Shown: positions 1 through 13,100, counted from the first letter of the stretch. The stretch is 64,000 nucleotides of DNA from an uncultured Chlamydiae bacterium (GCA_963696295.1 CAVOJR010000001.1:1632001-1696000); one strand, 5' to 3'. Notes: a model not told the origin generated them from the sequence alone. Translations and numbers: made by a program.

Positions 1-149
1 CCGATGCCGTGAAGGGGGCGTTTAAAGTGGCTGAAGAAGCAGGTAAACTGGTTAAAACAGCAAAAGTAAATTTTTGACAAATTATTTCTGAGAAGTTAAC
101 ATCTTCATTCGCCTTTAAGCATAGGGCTGAAGGCAAATTGAGGTGTATT

Positions 150-2090
150 ATGGAACATTTATTTTCGTCGCTCCGCTTATTAGGGCGGAAACTGAATTGT
201 GGAACAATCTTTGTCTTCATGACTTTGATTTGCCTGCAGCCCCTTCACGCACATAATGGAGAAGGCAAAGGGCGCGGACTCGTCGTAACTCCCCCCGAGG
301 TGTTGGATTATGCGAGAGAGCATCTGCCGACCATTGTGGATGTAAAGCCTACTAAGATTGGGCTGGATCGCATTCAGGAGCATCTCAGCAACCACGGCCT
401 TCCGCCTCTTGAAGCCGAGCCTGCCAAAGAAGGGGAAGAGGCCACAGTCGTATACGGCAAGGCTAACGTCGAGCAGGCATTACAGGCAAGAGCGGTAAAC
501 GCCACTTTGCCAAGCAGCGTCGATAACAGCCAGCTGCCCTCATTTCCTCCCATTGGCGATCAGCAGCAATTGGGCTCTTGCGTCGGCTGGGGCACCACTT
601 ATTATCAGGGCACCCATGAATACGGCCTTTTAAATGGGATCAACAACAAGTCGAGCCAAGAGTATGTCTTCTCTCCTAAATGGACCTACAACATGATGAA
701 CGGCGGGGCTGATAATGGCTTGGATATTGTCAGCACCTACCAGCTCTTTACGCAAAACGGCTTTGCTAGTCTAGCGCAGTTTCCCTATGACACCAATTAT
801 CTCGCCTGGGATTTAAATCCGGAAGACTGGGTTTCCGCTATTTCCCGCCGCTTCGCACAGCCTCAGCTAGTCTCCGGCATCGGGGGAACGTCCCAGAATC
901 TGCAAGTGATCAAACAGCTCCTGAACAACGGCCACGTCCTGGTGTTCGGGACATTCATCGACTCCTGGGTGCAAACGCAGGTGGGATCCGATCCTAATGC
1001 CTCGAGCAACCCTTACGCAGGTCAGCTGGCAGCCTCTTGGTGCAATGGTCAAAACGGGGGCCACTGCATGACTATCGTCGGCTACAACGACGACATTTGG
1101 ATCGATATCAACGGCAACGGCGAAGTCGACGCTGGCGAGAAAGGCGCTTTCTTAATCGCCAATTCCTGGAATACCGATTGGGGCAATGAAGGCTTTGTCT
1201 GGATCGCCTATGACGCCTTTTTGAGCGAATCCGCAGTGACGGGGGGTCCAAGTTCGGGCCGTGTGCCGCTTGCCGATGCGACGAATTCTCAAGTGGTGAG
1301 CGTGTTGCCGCTTTCCAAAGGCTACGCGCCGAAGCTGGTCGCTCAGTTTACTCTCAGCCAGGCTATCCGGGATCAGATAAACGTCGTGGTGGGCGTTTCC
1401 GAGACGAATGCCACTGCTCCTTCCCAAACGTTTACGAGCTGCGCGCTTTATAATAAGGGAGGAAACTTTGAGTTTAACGGCGCAGCGCCTGCTTCGCCCG
1501 AAACCGCCACCTTTGCCGTGGATTTGACCGAGCTTCTTCCGGCCGATCCAACCGTAACTCACCGTTATTACCTCACTGTAGGGGATAACCAGGCGGGAAA
1601 TGCGACAGTGATCGATTCCTTTACCCTGATCGACCTTGTGCACAATCAAAAGGTAAACTGCACGCATACTCCCCTGTCTTGCGACAATAGCAAGGTCTCT
1701 GCTTATATCGATTACAGCTTTGCAACACCACCTCCTGAGCCGCCAACTCCTCCTGCGCCTCCAACGCCGCCAACACCTCCAGCGCCGCCGCCTCCAGCTC
1801 CTCCAGCTCCCGTTGCGCCGCTGAAAGTGGCAACGGCGACGCCGCATAACTATGCGCTTGTGTCGGGTACGATCCAATGGAGAGTGAATGCGACAGCCGG
1901 CGTGGGTGTGGACCATGTGGATTTTTACATAGATTCACAGCTCTGCTTAACCGATCCAACGGCTCCCTACCTGGTCTCAGTAGATACGACCGGGCTTGAT
2001 TTTGGAACCCACGATTTCACAGCCATAGCGTATGATACTAGCGGCAACAGCGCTTCCAGCACTGTTGAGGTTTTTGTATTTAACTACTAA
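150..2090 (+). CDS. Secreted papain-like (C1) cysteine peptidase with Pro-rich linker and C-terminal Ig-like domain
   Basis: Motifs QQQLGSCVGW (Gln/Cys), GGHCMTIVGYND (His), IANSWNTDWG (Asn); hydrophobic N-terminus ending LHA; PPEPPTPPAPP linker; ATG at 150 follows GAGGTG (ORF track starts at TTG 138). Confidence 0.88.
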   Translation: MEHLFSSLRLLGRKLNCGTIFVFMTLICLQPLHAHNGEGKGRGLVVTPPEVLDYAREHLPTIVDVKPTKIGLDRIQEHLSNHGLPPLEAEPAKEGEEATVVYGKANVEQALQARAVNATLPSSVDNSQLPSFPPIGDQQQLGSCVGWGTTYYQGTHEYGLLNGINNKSSQEYVFSPKWTYNMMNGGADNGLDIVSTYQLFTQNGFASLAQFPYDTNYLAWDLNPEDWVSAISRRFAQPQLVSGIGGTSQNLQVIKQLLNNGHVLVFGTFIDSWVQTQVGSDPNASSNPYAGQLAASWCNGQNGGHCMTIVGYNDDIWIDINGNGEVDAGEKGAFLIANSWNTDWGNEGFVWIAYDAFLSESAVTGGPSSGRVPLADATNSQVVSVLPLSKGYAPKLVAQFTLSQAIRDQINVVVGVSETNATAPSQTFTSCALYNKGGNFEFNGAAPASPETATFAVDLTELLPADPTVTHRYYLTVGDNQAGNATVIDSFTLIDLVHNQKVNCTHTPLSCDNSKVSAYIDYSFATPPPEPPTPPAPPTPPTPPAPPPPAPPAPVAPLKVATATPHNYALVSGTIQWRVNATAGVGVDHVDFYIDSQLCLTDPTAPYLVSVDTTGLDFGTHDFTAIAYDTSGNSASSTVEVFVFNY

Positions 2091-2100
2091 AGAACCACAG

Positions 2101-2127
2101 GGCAATCTCCCTTTCCGGGGGATTGCC
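2101..2127 (+). terminator. Hairpin after peptidase gene, probable terminator
   Basis: GGCAATCTCCC-TTTCC-GGGGGATTGCC inverted repeat 10 nt after the stop; no clear U-tract. Confidence 0.5.
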
Positions 2128-2488
2128 TCCCTCAATCTTAATCCTTACAATATCTAGCTAACGCTCTGGACTCCTCATGCGGACCGCTTTGCTTTGATCC
2201 GACTGTGCCTCGCTCGTCCGAATCCAGTGATGAATTTATGAAAATGGCAGTTTTCAGCGGCCTTTAAGAGATCAAAAAGGTTCCCGGCATCAGTCCAGGA
2301 AAAGATCAAAAAATGAACTTATAAAGAGAGCCAAAAAACATTTTTTGTCAAAGTTCCCGGAGTTTGAACATCGAATTGAATAAAATGCAAAAATCACTTG
2401 TTAATGACAAATATTAATAAAATTAATTTAAATTGAATAATATAATAGCTTACTATATAATGTAATCATTAAATTTAGGAGATAACCA

Positions 2489-4072
2489 GTGGATTCCATA
2501 AATTCGATTGCGTCCCATTTTGAAATAAACAATCGCTATAGCGAAAAACCGTCAAAAATCGTAGCTATTGCTTTAGTCGTTTTAGGCACACTGGGTACTT
2601 TGGGATCTTTGCGAAGCTTAAGCTTGGGGGCTATCTTAAAGGGCTCGCTTGGGCTCGCAGCCTCTATCACCTCGCTGGCTGCTGGGATTTTTTTAAACAA
2701 AAGAGTTTCATCCACTGCACCCCGAGTTCATGGGAGCAGCCTGGAATCAAATCTGGAAGAGCACGTTCTTTGTCCCGTTGACATCAAAGCAGATTGCGGT
2801 TTTCGAGATTACTTGAGCCCTAATGAATGGAACCCGGAAGGGATAGAAGAGCACCTCAAAATGGCTGAAAAAGGTATCATTGTATCCACGGGGACCGAAA
2901 GGAGCTTCTTCGATTTAGTTTTTTGTGCCGCAGAAAAGTGTGAAGGATTGGTCGTTAGGGACATTAACCCAAGAGTTAAGGCTTACGTCGATTTCAACAC
3001 CCTTTTACTCCGCATCTCAGATACGAGGGAGGAGTACCTTCGATTTACCAAGCCTCTAAAAGAATCGGAGGCTTTCAAAGGCCGAATCGAAGAGATCACT
3101 AAAAAAATGGCACAGGTAAGTTTACCAGCGAAAATTAACCAATATTATCTAGCTCATCTCGAAGACTTTGCGCACATTTATCTGCGCGTAGCCAGCTCAT
3201 ACTGTTGGAAAAACGGTTCTGAGGCCGAACATTTTATGAAAGGCAGATACGATTTAGATGACGGTATTTTTGCCAAAGTGCAAAAGTATGCGCGGGAAGG
3301 GAACATCGTTTCCACCATCGGCCCGATCAATGACTTAAAGTTCCTCAAACACCAAAAAATCTCGGTCGTCGACACATCGAATATCAACAGTTACTCCTTC
3401 ATAGACCTTCAAGGAGAGGGTGATTTTTGCCCCAGAGTGATTCGGAGTGTGGGCACGGGCAGAATGTCCACAGGCTACCAGTCGCATATATATACCCCAT
3501 TAACTCCGGGTGAGCGTCTGGAATTTGATGCCATTATGAAAAGGCTAAAGAAATGCCACGGTGGTGATAACTTTGCAGTGACTATTAGCAACATTTTATG
3601 CAATTTAAGCAGGGATAGGGATGATAAATTTGATAATCACTCCTCGGCTATCTGTTCCCCTAAAACATTAGCTAAGCTAAAAGAGTATACCCTGGCATCT
3701 GTTTTGGACGTTCCCGGCATTGGAACGATCGATTTAGCTTATAACCAAATCGAAAAGTTGAACGGGTTGACACTACCGCAAATAACAAAACTGTGCGCTG
3801 AAAAAGAGATCATCCCGGTTTTAAAAACGATTATCAAGCAATGGTTCAGGCTAAAACCTGAAATATTTCTCGCCTTAAGCAAGGCGCCCGGCTGGGCAGA
3901 GACAGTGGAAAAGCAATTTGCCGTAATTTCTCACCCCGGGAATACAGACACGAATGTGCCTTATTTAAAAAAATTGTTAGGCGAACATCTCCCCGAATTT
4001 ATAAAACTTTTTGGAGAAGAGCGGTTTGCTAAAATGGAACAAAATTACGCTGCCGCTGCAAGTACAACATAG
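2489..4072 (+). CDS. Hypothetical protein with N-terminal bilobed hydrophobic segment (Inc-like)
   Basis: 527-aa ORF, AGGAG RBS before GTG; two adjacent hydrophobic stretches near residues 24-69, then a soluble domain. Confidence 0.7.
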   Translation: MDSINSIASHFEINNRYSEKPSKIVAIALVVLGTLGTLGSLRSLSLGAILKGSLGLAASITSLAAGIFLNKRVSSTAPRVHGSSLESNLEEHVLCPVDIKADCGFRDYLSPNEWNPEGIEEHLKMAEKGIIVSTGTERSFFDLVFCAAEKCEGLVVRDINPRVKAYVDFNTLLLRISDTREEYLRFTKPLKESEAFKGRIEEITKKMAQVSLPAKINQYYLAHLEDFAHIYLRVASSYCWKNGSEAEHFMKGRYDLDDGIFAKVQKYAREGNIVSTIGPINDLKFLKHQKISVVDTSNINSYSFIDLQGEGDFCPRVIRSVGTGRMSTGYQSHIYTPLTPGERLEFDAIMKRLKKCHGGDNFAVTISNILCNLSRDRDDKFDNHSSAICSPKTLAKLKEYTLASVLDVPGIGTIDLAYNQIEKLNGLTLPQITKLCAEKEIIPVLKTIIKQWFRLKPEIFLALSKAPGWAETVEKQFAVISHPGNTDTNVPYLKKLLGEHLPEFIKLFGEERFAKMEQNYAAAASTT

Positions 4073-4151
4073 GAAAAACAAGCAGGTTAGCGACGGGACA
4101 AGTCGCCTGAAGTTTGCCAATCAGGCCCGACTATTTACCGCATAAACCAAG

Positions 4152-7100
4152 TCAAAAGCCAAGTAGAGACAAATATTGCTTTTTCACGGATTCGACGCGG
4201 GAAATAGCGATCTTTACTGATTCCATGGCGCTAATTTCAGTGTAGGCTTGTTTGAGGCCCCGCCCTGCCAGCACATAAATGGGGATGTCTTTCAATAAAC
4301 CGCCGATGCTCTCCGGCAGGGCGAGGGGCTTGTCGACAGGAATGGGTGATCTGCTGCCATTCTGCTCGATGTGCTGGATGGTGACCTTGGTCCGCGCGAC
4401 TTTTTTCAACGGCTGGGGGTGAACGCGGGCGTAAATGATGTCGAGCGAGCGGGTGGAGAAGGCGTCTTTGAGAATCGAAGTGGCTTTGAGGGAATTCCAC
4501 AAGGCTCTAAACGCCTCGGGCTTCTCTTTGACCCACTTTTCAATCATGGCCTGATCTTCAAGGACTCCGTTAGTCAGATTGACCGCGGCCATCACCTCTT
4601 TAAACCAGGGGTCGTTTTGTATTTTCAAACTGCCATTCTGGTATACTTTGCCGTCGGGCGTGAAAAGGGCAGCATGGATCTCTTTTTTCTCTCTGATCTG
4701 ATTGAGATAATGGGAGGCGTCGTCATTCGAGACGACGGCGGCTTGCCTGATCCCCTGTTTTTCCACGATCAAAATCGAGTAAAAGGGCTTTCTGGTCCCT
4801 TTGTCGCTAAAGGCAAAGGCGGCATTTTTGCTGACGAAGAGGTTTGGCGGGAAAAACTCGGAGGCATGGCAAAGATCGGAGAGTTTGGAGTAATTCTTCG
4901 AGGTGCTCATGTTCAGATGGGTCAGGCGATCGCTGGTCTCGGCGTAATCGTAAATATCTTTTACATTTCCCTGCACCCTCTGGTTTTGCAGCGCGAGCTG
5001 CTTGACCTCTTCCACGGTTGTCTGGTAGCCCACTTGCCTTGCCGTCGAGCTTAGGGAGTTCTGCTGGTTTTCCATTTTCTCGACGAGGGCGCTCGCCCGC
5101 CCTATAATTTGCGCGGCTTCTTTATTTAGCAGATCCTGTTGCTTATCATCAAGGCCCCCGTTGAGGAAGAAATTCTTGGCGAAGGGCTTAAGGAAATCTT
5201 GAGTGGGGATCTCTGTGATGGGCACGCCATACTCTTTCATCAGGTCTCTTGGCACGGCAAACTCAAAACAGCGGCGGTACTTCTTATAGAGGGCGTGCTG
5301 CTTTTCCAAAGGCGCTTGCCTGATGATCTCCCGCACGAGATGGCGCGCGAGAAACTGGATATCCTGCACGGCGTTGGATAAAATAGTGCTCTTTAATTTC
5401 TTCGCCTCGTTTTCAGTCAGCCACCCAAACAAGCCGATGACATCGCTCCTTTTTTCGCTCTCCTCAATCAGGGTGCGGATCTTGTCCGGCAGCACCCAAA
5501 GAGTGCTTTGGGCGTTCTCAGGCTCGATCGGGTTTTTGAGGAAGCTGCGCATGCGCATTACGGCCTGTACGGCGGCGGATAAAGTGGTATTCTCGCCGAT
5601 CGAGACGATCATCTTGGCCCTATCCGATAGGGTGAGGTCGGTGCCGGTCGTTTCATCGGCGCCGTAAATTTTAAAGAGCCGTTTGCCGCTGAGGCCGAGC
5701 CTGGCCATCTCTCTCTTTAAGTTGGTGGATAATAATAGGACAGGCTCTTTCTTATCCTTGGGAAGGAAATAGAGGCGCTTCTCTTTGGCCTCGTCGTAAT
5801 CAAAGTAGATCGCCCCGGCGTAATCGAGTTTCTTTTCTCTCGCGAACGTACAAAATTCTTCGGCGCTCTTTTTAGAGGAATACCCTTTGCTCCAATAGCC
5901 CACATCGATGATCCCCTCGACGGTATCAAAGTAGCCGGGATTTTCCTTGTGAAGATCTTCGAACAGTTTTTTGGGGGTAGTGGGTTCAAAATAGTGGTGG
6001 TTCTGGTTATGCGGCATGCAGCAGCGGTTGGCCACATTGGCGACAAACTCGGGATCGAGCCAGTAGTAATCATCTTTGAGGCCAAACGGGTAGAGCTCCT
6101 TTTCCCCAAGCGTCGCCGAGAATTGCACGACAGAGCGGGCTCCGTCCACCAGATCGGCGCCGGTCGAGGTCATCTTTTCCGGGAAATGCAGCACGTGGGG
6201 CAGCGCGAGGTAGCGCAGGTATAGCGCGATCACTTCCGGCTCTTTGCCGATCTGCCTGATCATCTCTTGCAAAAAGGCCGAAGAGTTGAGATCCGTTTCG
6301 GAAATTTGCTCCAACTCGACCGGATCGCTCTTTTGCCAGCTTCTAAATTTTTTGCAGAGGGCCGGTTCTTGTGGGTCAAACGCCCGCCTTTCTTTGGCTT
6401 CATTTTGCATCTGCAACAGGAGTTTTTTCATCGTTTCGGGATTCTCCACCCCTCTTTGGAAGGCGCCCTGGCAAGTGAGCGTGGCGGCGATATCCGCGCT
6501 TTCAAATTTTGCCGAGGTGGGGATTTTCTGGTCGCGCGGGGCTTCCACCGGATCCATCTTTTGGATGGAGGGGCCGTAATCCATCTCACCCACTTTGGAC
6601 AAATTGCTCGGCAATAATTTTTGGTAAAGGCCTCTGATCAAAGCGGCGTCTTGCTGATAGGCCTCGGGGAGCTCTTTTGGGCAGGTGACGTTATTGAATT
6701 TGACAAACCGCTTGGCCTCATCTCTTAAATTTTCCGGGATGCCAAGATCATCGATCAGTTGGCCGCAGACTAAATTCAGGCACTCTTTTTTTTCTCTTTC
6801 CGGCACTTGGGCTTGCTTGTTTTCCCGTATGCGCAGGGTTTGGCCAACTGTGCGCCCGTTGGGAAGCTTTAAAGTCTTTTCGGCCGTGTCCGTCATCAGC
6901 TGATAAGCGCGGATCATAATATCGCGCTGCCCTTCGTTAATCGATTCCGGGGTCCCTTCCGCTTTGTTGCTTTGCAGCAAACTATCGATGTTGCGGTGGG
7001 TTTCATCGATCAAAAACAAGCCTTCTTCTTTCAAGAGCTGGAGCAGTTCGCTCAACTCTTTGATCAGGCCGTGATTATTATCCCGCTCCGCCCTTTGCCA

Positions 7101-10100
7101 GCTCAAATGCATAGCGTGATAGGTTTCCGGGGTGAAGACCATGCAGACACCCTGATCTTTCCGGTCCCGCAAAGTTTGATTGAGGGCGTGCAGTTTTTCC
7201 GCATCGAAATTGTGCTGCAAATCGATATCGAGATGGATTACGTTTTTGTGGAAAACTTGGGACAGCACTTCATTCAGATCCTGGCGCACCACATCGAACA
7301 GGGAGGGCAAGCTAAAGAAAACAGGCATTTTTCCCTCGCCCATCGCTTTAGCGGCGAGGATGGCCGAGATCACTTTTGTTTTGCCTCCGCCCGCCTGGAA
7401 TTCGAAGGCGATCCGTTTTAGCAAAGCGGCATTGTCCTTGTCAAATAAATGGGTGAACATATCGATTAAAAGGTTAGCCTGATCGGGGTCGCTCCGCAGC
7501 AGGAACCCTGTCGAGTATTCATAAAAGAGCAGTTCGGGCCACCTGAAAGGATCATAGGTGCGCGTTTTGTTCAGGATCACGGCGACATCCTGCTCCGATC
7601 CGTTGGCTTTGATTTTATCCAGCGCTTCAGTCAACTGGTCGAGGCGGGAAGTCTCCCTCATAAATTTGATCGCCAGCAGATGGAGCTTGTTTAAGGCGCT
7701 TTGATCGAGAAGAGGGTTGTTTTTGGTGAGGAGGGAGGGATTTTTCGTTCCGACTGCCAGCATCACTTCCGGCACGCTGATCTCTCTTTTTCCTTTCTGC
7801 AGCAGATCGAGCTGTTCAAAAGCCTTTTGATCCCCTTTAGGATTGGCCAGTTTTTCAATCTGCTCTTTTAAGCTTTGGAGTTTTTCGGTTTGCTTTTGTT
7901 GTTCTGCAATGATCGCCTCTGCTAATCCCTCTTTCTCCAGTTTAAAGAGATCGACTTTTAAACCCCCTTTCAGCTTGGCATACGCTTGTTTCATTTTGGC
8001 AAAGATCCGGGCGGACAGAGAAGATTTGCCCTTCAGGCTCTCCAGGGCAAAGGGGTCTTGAAAAACAGGGGTGCTCTTCGAGCTGAAAAATTCCTTGACC
8101 AAGCCTTCGCAGGGCTTCACAGGCTGGTGTTCTTTTCCCGGGGGCGGAAAGGTGACTTTTTCCGCTTTTTTCTCGACCTTTTTGGTTTCCTGAAAAGGCT
8201 TTGATTGGACTCTTGAGAGATTTTGCAGGGCGGAATTTTGCAGGGCCGCGCGTAGTTTGGTGGCAATGTCGCAGATATCTTGTGTCTTTGTACTCTGTCT
8301 AAAACATTCCGGGTAGTGCCTGGCCAGATAGAGCAGTTTCACTAGTTGCGCCTCAGTTTTGTCTAAATTGTGACAATGCCAGAGAGTTTGCAAGTCCAGA
8401 TCAAAGGGGTGGGCTCCGATCGGCTCTTTTCGTCTCAGCGCCTCCCATTCATCGGGGCGGTAAGAAATTTCCGTCTGGCATTTGAGCGCTTTTGAAAATA
8501 AGTTAAAGAACTCCCCTTTAAGGCCTATATTGTCGCCCATCTCGATCCCGTTCTCAAGGTCCCTGCCGGTGTAACTGGCAGTCATACTGACATCGGATTT
8601 AAACTCTTCCTTACTATTGATAATGGCGGAGAGAATGGGATTATCCGTCGGCAGGATCTGCAAAAAAGGGCCTGTCGGTGTATGCGATAAAGCATACGCT
8701 TTTGCCCCTAAACCGCGGGTAGTTCCCAAATTCACACTCTGAAGATGGAGCAGCAACTGCTTTTGCTCTTCAGGCGTCAGGCAAAGCGCTTCCGGCAGGG
8801 CGTTATTATTCAAATGGGAGTATTCGGTCAATTTTTCAAAGAATTTAGCCAATTGTTTGTTGATTTCTTCAGAGACGCCTTTTTGGAAATGATCCGTAAA
8901 GGTTAATTTATCCCCTTCGAGCCCTTTCAGCATGACTTTGCATAAAAAAGCGCAAGCCTCCGGCGAAGAGTCTTTGTGCTTCATCATCATTCCTAAAATC
9001 TTCAGAGCCGTCTCATCAAAAGCGTTCGGGGGCAGATAGTCGAGGTAATGCATGCTTAAAGAGTACTCTCCAAGCGATTGGTAAACATAAGCGAGATAGA
9101 GCAGCGCCGCCGGATCGTTGGTGTAAAAGTGGCCGGTTTTTTCCACGAGATCGTACTCAAAATACCCCCTTTTTTTATCGATAGCATCATTTGTCAGATA
9201 TTTGTCTCTATCTAGCGGGTGTTGGACGGCGATCTCTTTTGCCGGGAGAATCATTTTCTTTTGCCTGGGGTCGTCGATCTTTTCGAGCTGCAGCGCTCCG
9301 GGGAAATTCACCCCGTCGAGATAGCCTTGGGTTTCGCTCAAAACATAACCTTTATGCTGATCCGACTCCCAGCGCGTTCCGTTCCTGATAAAGGTCAGCC
9401 CCAAATCGCGGCATTCGATGGTCACAACTTTTTTGTTTTGCATATAAGCTGAGAAACCACTTGGAACGGTTCCCCAAAATAGGACCTTGGAGGTGCTCGC
9501 GGACAGGAAACGGCTCAAATTAGAGTTCTCCAGGCCCTTCAGGAGGTATTCCCCTTTTTGATTTTTAACCTCCCCCTCAATAGTAGCCGCTACTGTCCCG
9601 TCCGGCTCTACGACAAAACTCTTCTTTTCTCCAAGCCAAAGCAGGCGCTTTTCAAAGAGCGTCTCCTTTCTCTCGTCAGCCAGCAAAAGGCTCTCTCCAC
9701 AGCTAAAAGGGTGTTTTTTATAGACATCGAAATCCTGGTAGTTCTTTACGATTTTAAAGGAGCCGTCGACGGCCGTAACTTCCGTATCGCTGACCAGAAT
9801 TTTGCTATCAAGGCTAATGCCTGCGCGCGTTAGCTTTTCTTCTTTTGCCCAGTCAGGCCAGGTTGGTTTATTCAGCGGGACTCCGTCTTTGATAACTAGA
9901 CCCTTGGCCAAATCGATTTGCACCTCGGTTCCACTGCCTGTGAAGGTCAACACCGAAAAATAGGGGCTGATCCAAGTGCCATTTTGGCAAGGGATGCCCA
10001 AATGCTTCAATATCGACTCGCCGATAAAGGCTTTATTTTTACTAAGGTATTGGTTGAAAAGGGCTTTATTCTCGTGCGCCCGTAAGAGGCATTCCGGATG

Positions 10101-13100
10101 GGGATTTATTCCGTCATAAAACTTGGCGCAGCAATTATTAATGAGGTACTGAACACATTGCTCCTCACTCCAAGGGGCAGGGTAGGAATCCAGGTTAGCC
10201 CGGCATAAAAAATAAACCCCTAGAACCCTGTCTCTTTTAGGACTTGGACTAAACAATCCAAAATGAACGCCCTCCTTATCCCCTGGAGGGGATAAACTTA
10301 GTTTGTCCTTGCCATTTGACAAACGATCAATCTTTTGATCGACAAAATCCTTTAGCTTCTTCATGAAAGGCGCATGGATGCCAAGGCCCGCCTGATCCGC
10401 TTGAGTTTCACAGAAGAATCCCAACTGAACCCACTTCAGGGCCTCCATGTAGGATCTTGGGTTTAAGTTATTTAATTGCTGAAGCACCATCTCTTCAATG
10501 TTCTGCCTGACAGCGGGCTCTTTTCGCAGGCAATTCAGCAGGGCATTATCGCGGAAAAACCCCCGAAAAATCTCCTCATGGCTTTCGGGGCTATTGGCCT
10601 CTTGAGGGTGTTGATTGATCCATTGGATCAGGTAGGGAATGCGCAATTCGGGGTAGGCATCGAATTGCTTGAAGGCTCTGTCCACAGAGCTTTCAGACTC
10701 TTTGTAGATCTGATTTTCACTTTTCTCCTGTATCAAGTCGTGCCGGAAGTATTTCCCTGCAGGTGCGATTTTTGGCTTCTCTAATTTCATATACCTCAAT
10801 CCCGATAGGATGAAGTATTCCTTTATATAGCCGCCAAAATAACTCCTCACTTGTTCACACTTGTGAGAGAACTTTATTTTGCTCATGCGATAACCATCTA
10901 TTTGCATGTGGGAGTAATGCAGAGTCATCAAGGTTGCCATGTCCCGAAAAGGCTTAGGAAGATGATCTTCGCCATCGCTTGCGTCCTTGTTTGTTCCATT
11001 GAACACATAACCATTGGCGAGTAAGCGGAAAAAGCGCTCTTTTTCGGTTTGTTTGGTTTCGGTGTTGAAGAGGGTGATTTTATCCTTAAATTGGAGCAGA
11101 TAATTATAAAGGGCGCGCACGGAGGGGTCTGCCCCCCCCCATTTCCCATAAATACAGTTCTCAAAATGGCTGATAAATTTTTCTTGGCTCAAATTTGTAA
11201 AGGCGAAGAGATCGCTTTGCCCTTTCTTGGCATTGACTTCGCGAAAATAGCGGGTCAATTTTTCGAATCTTAAGGCGGTATCGCCATATTGCAGGTCGAG
11301 TTTGTGCTGCATCCCCTCAATGATGGGGTTGATAGAAAAGCCCTCTCTTTTCACCGAGGGCATGCTTCTGGTCAAATAATCGCAAATAACCAAAGATTGC
11401 AAATTAAAAAGGTAGGCCTCTTTTTGCTGCCAATCCATCGTTTTATTCATTTCTTTTAATTGGCTGATGAAGGCCTCTTTCTCTTGTTCCGTCAATCCAT
11501 CCCACTCGGGATTGGCCTGGTTGGGAACGGGAATAGGGAGGGTGCGCATCAGGCAGAATCTGTTTTCCTGAGCGCTGCCAGTGATTGTACTGAAACTTCT
11601 GATTTTTTCCCTTAATGTGGCCGGGGTGTGGAAATTGAAGTATTTTTCATTATTTTGCACTTTATTCCCGCCGCCCTTACCTCCAGCAAGATTAACCTTA
11701 TCAATCTTTATTGTTTGAGAATCGCCCTTGTCCGTCATTTCGGGCAATTTTGATCCAAGCTGAGGTTTTGTCAATGGCACATCGCTGATCAGCTCCTTCG
11801 CAAACTGAAGCTCCTTTAAAGTGATTCTCTGCTTCGAAAATGCTTTCGTGAAAGAGTGAGCCGCCGCTTCGAGCAGCCTTGAGATCAGCTTGTAGGGGCC
11901 TTTTGCAGAGGCGAGCAGTTTGACCGCCTCCATTTTTCCGCTTGCAATCACCCGCTTGTATTTTAAGAATTGTTTCCCATTGGGGTTTTTTTGGAGCAGC
12001 TGGTCGCGGATGATCATGCGGGCGAGCTGATCGGAACACGTGCCGCTGCGCTGCGGCGTGGCCTGATCTGAGGCATGGATCTTGTCGGTCGGGTCCGGCC
12101 TCGAAACGGCGAAGAACAGCTTCTCTAAACTGGTGCTGTTCCATTCCCCTTTCAAGGGTTTTACCCTGGTAAAGCCGCTTAATTTTTTGACAAAGCGCTC
12201 ATCAAATTTCTCATCCTCATGGGAGAACAATCGTCTATCCAGGATATAGCGGGGGGAGCGGCAGCAGGCGCCTGGTTTTTCCTCAATCGCTGCGGTGGGA
12301 AAGATTTCACTTCCCTCCCCCTTGTTCAGGAAGTAGTAGGAAACAGATCCATCCCCTTTTTTTTCGAGGACAACCCCGAAAACATGCCCCGGGCCTTCGG
12401 ACGATCTCGTTCGCAATGTGAGGACGACGCGTCCCCGCTTCTCTAACCTTTGGTAAATGTACTTCACGAGCCCTTTGCTTTGCCCGTCCTGAAGATAAAT
12501 GGCCGACTGGCTCATATCAGCAAAATCGGCGAAAATCGCCTCCTTTTCCTTTGCCTCGATAAAAGTGTCCAGATTTTTATCCTCTTCATCAATCACCTTT
12601 CTCCAGTAATCGACCGCGTCTTCAGCCGTGCCCCCTTCATACTCGGAATCTAAAATTTGCGTGTCACCGAGCACGAGACAAGCCCTTTTTAAAGCCGCAT
12701 CCCCTTGCAGCATGACGGCGCGTTCCCGCTGGGGTTCATGGCTGACCGCCCCCACTGGCTCCTGAGAGTTATTCTCTGCGATAATTTCTAAATTTGCCCT
12801 CTTTGCCGGGTAAGCGCATTGCGCGGCGCGCTCTTCGGCATTCAGTTGAGGGGCATCCTTTTTGATTTGACCATCGTATTTCATTTCCGGACGATTTGGA
12901 GCGTGCGCGTTTGCCCCATAAAGTGTCAGGCCGCCCACAACCGGCAGCGCTCCTCCCACCAGGCATTGACCCGCGTGGACGAGATCGTCTGTAACAGATT
13001 CCCACAAGGTATTAATTTGGCGATGTGCGAAGGAATTGTCATTGCGAAACACAAAATTTCCGAATTCGACAATTTTAAATATTAGTAACATCTCTAACTC

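Noticed and set aside
1..77. Possible 3' end of an upstream gene (DAVKGAFKVAEEAGKLVKTAKVNF*)
   Set aside because: Too short to identify or confirm.
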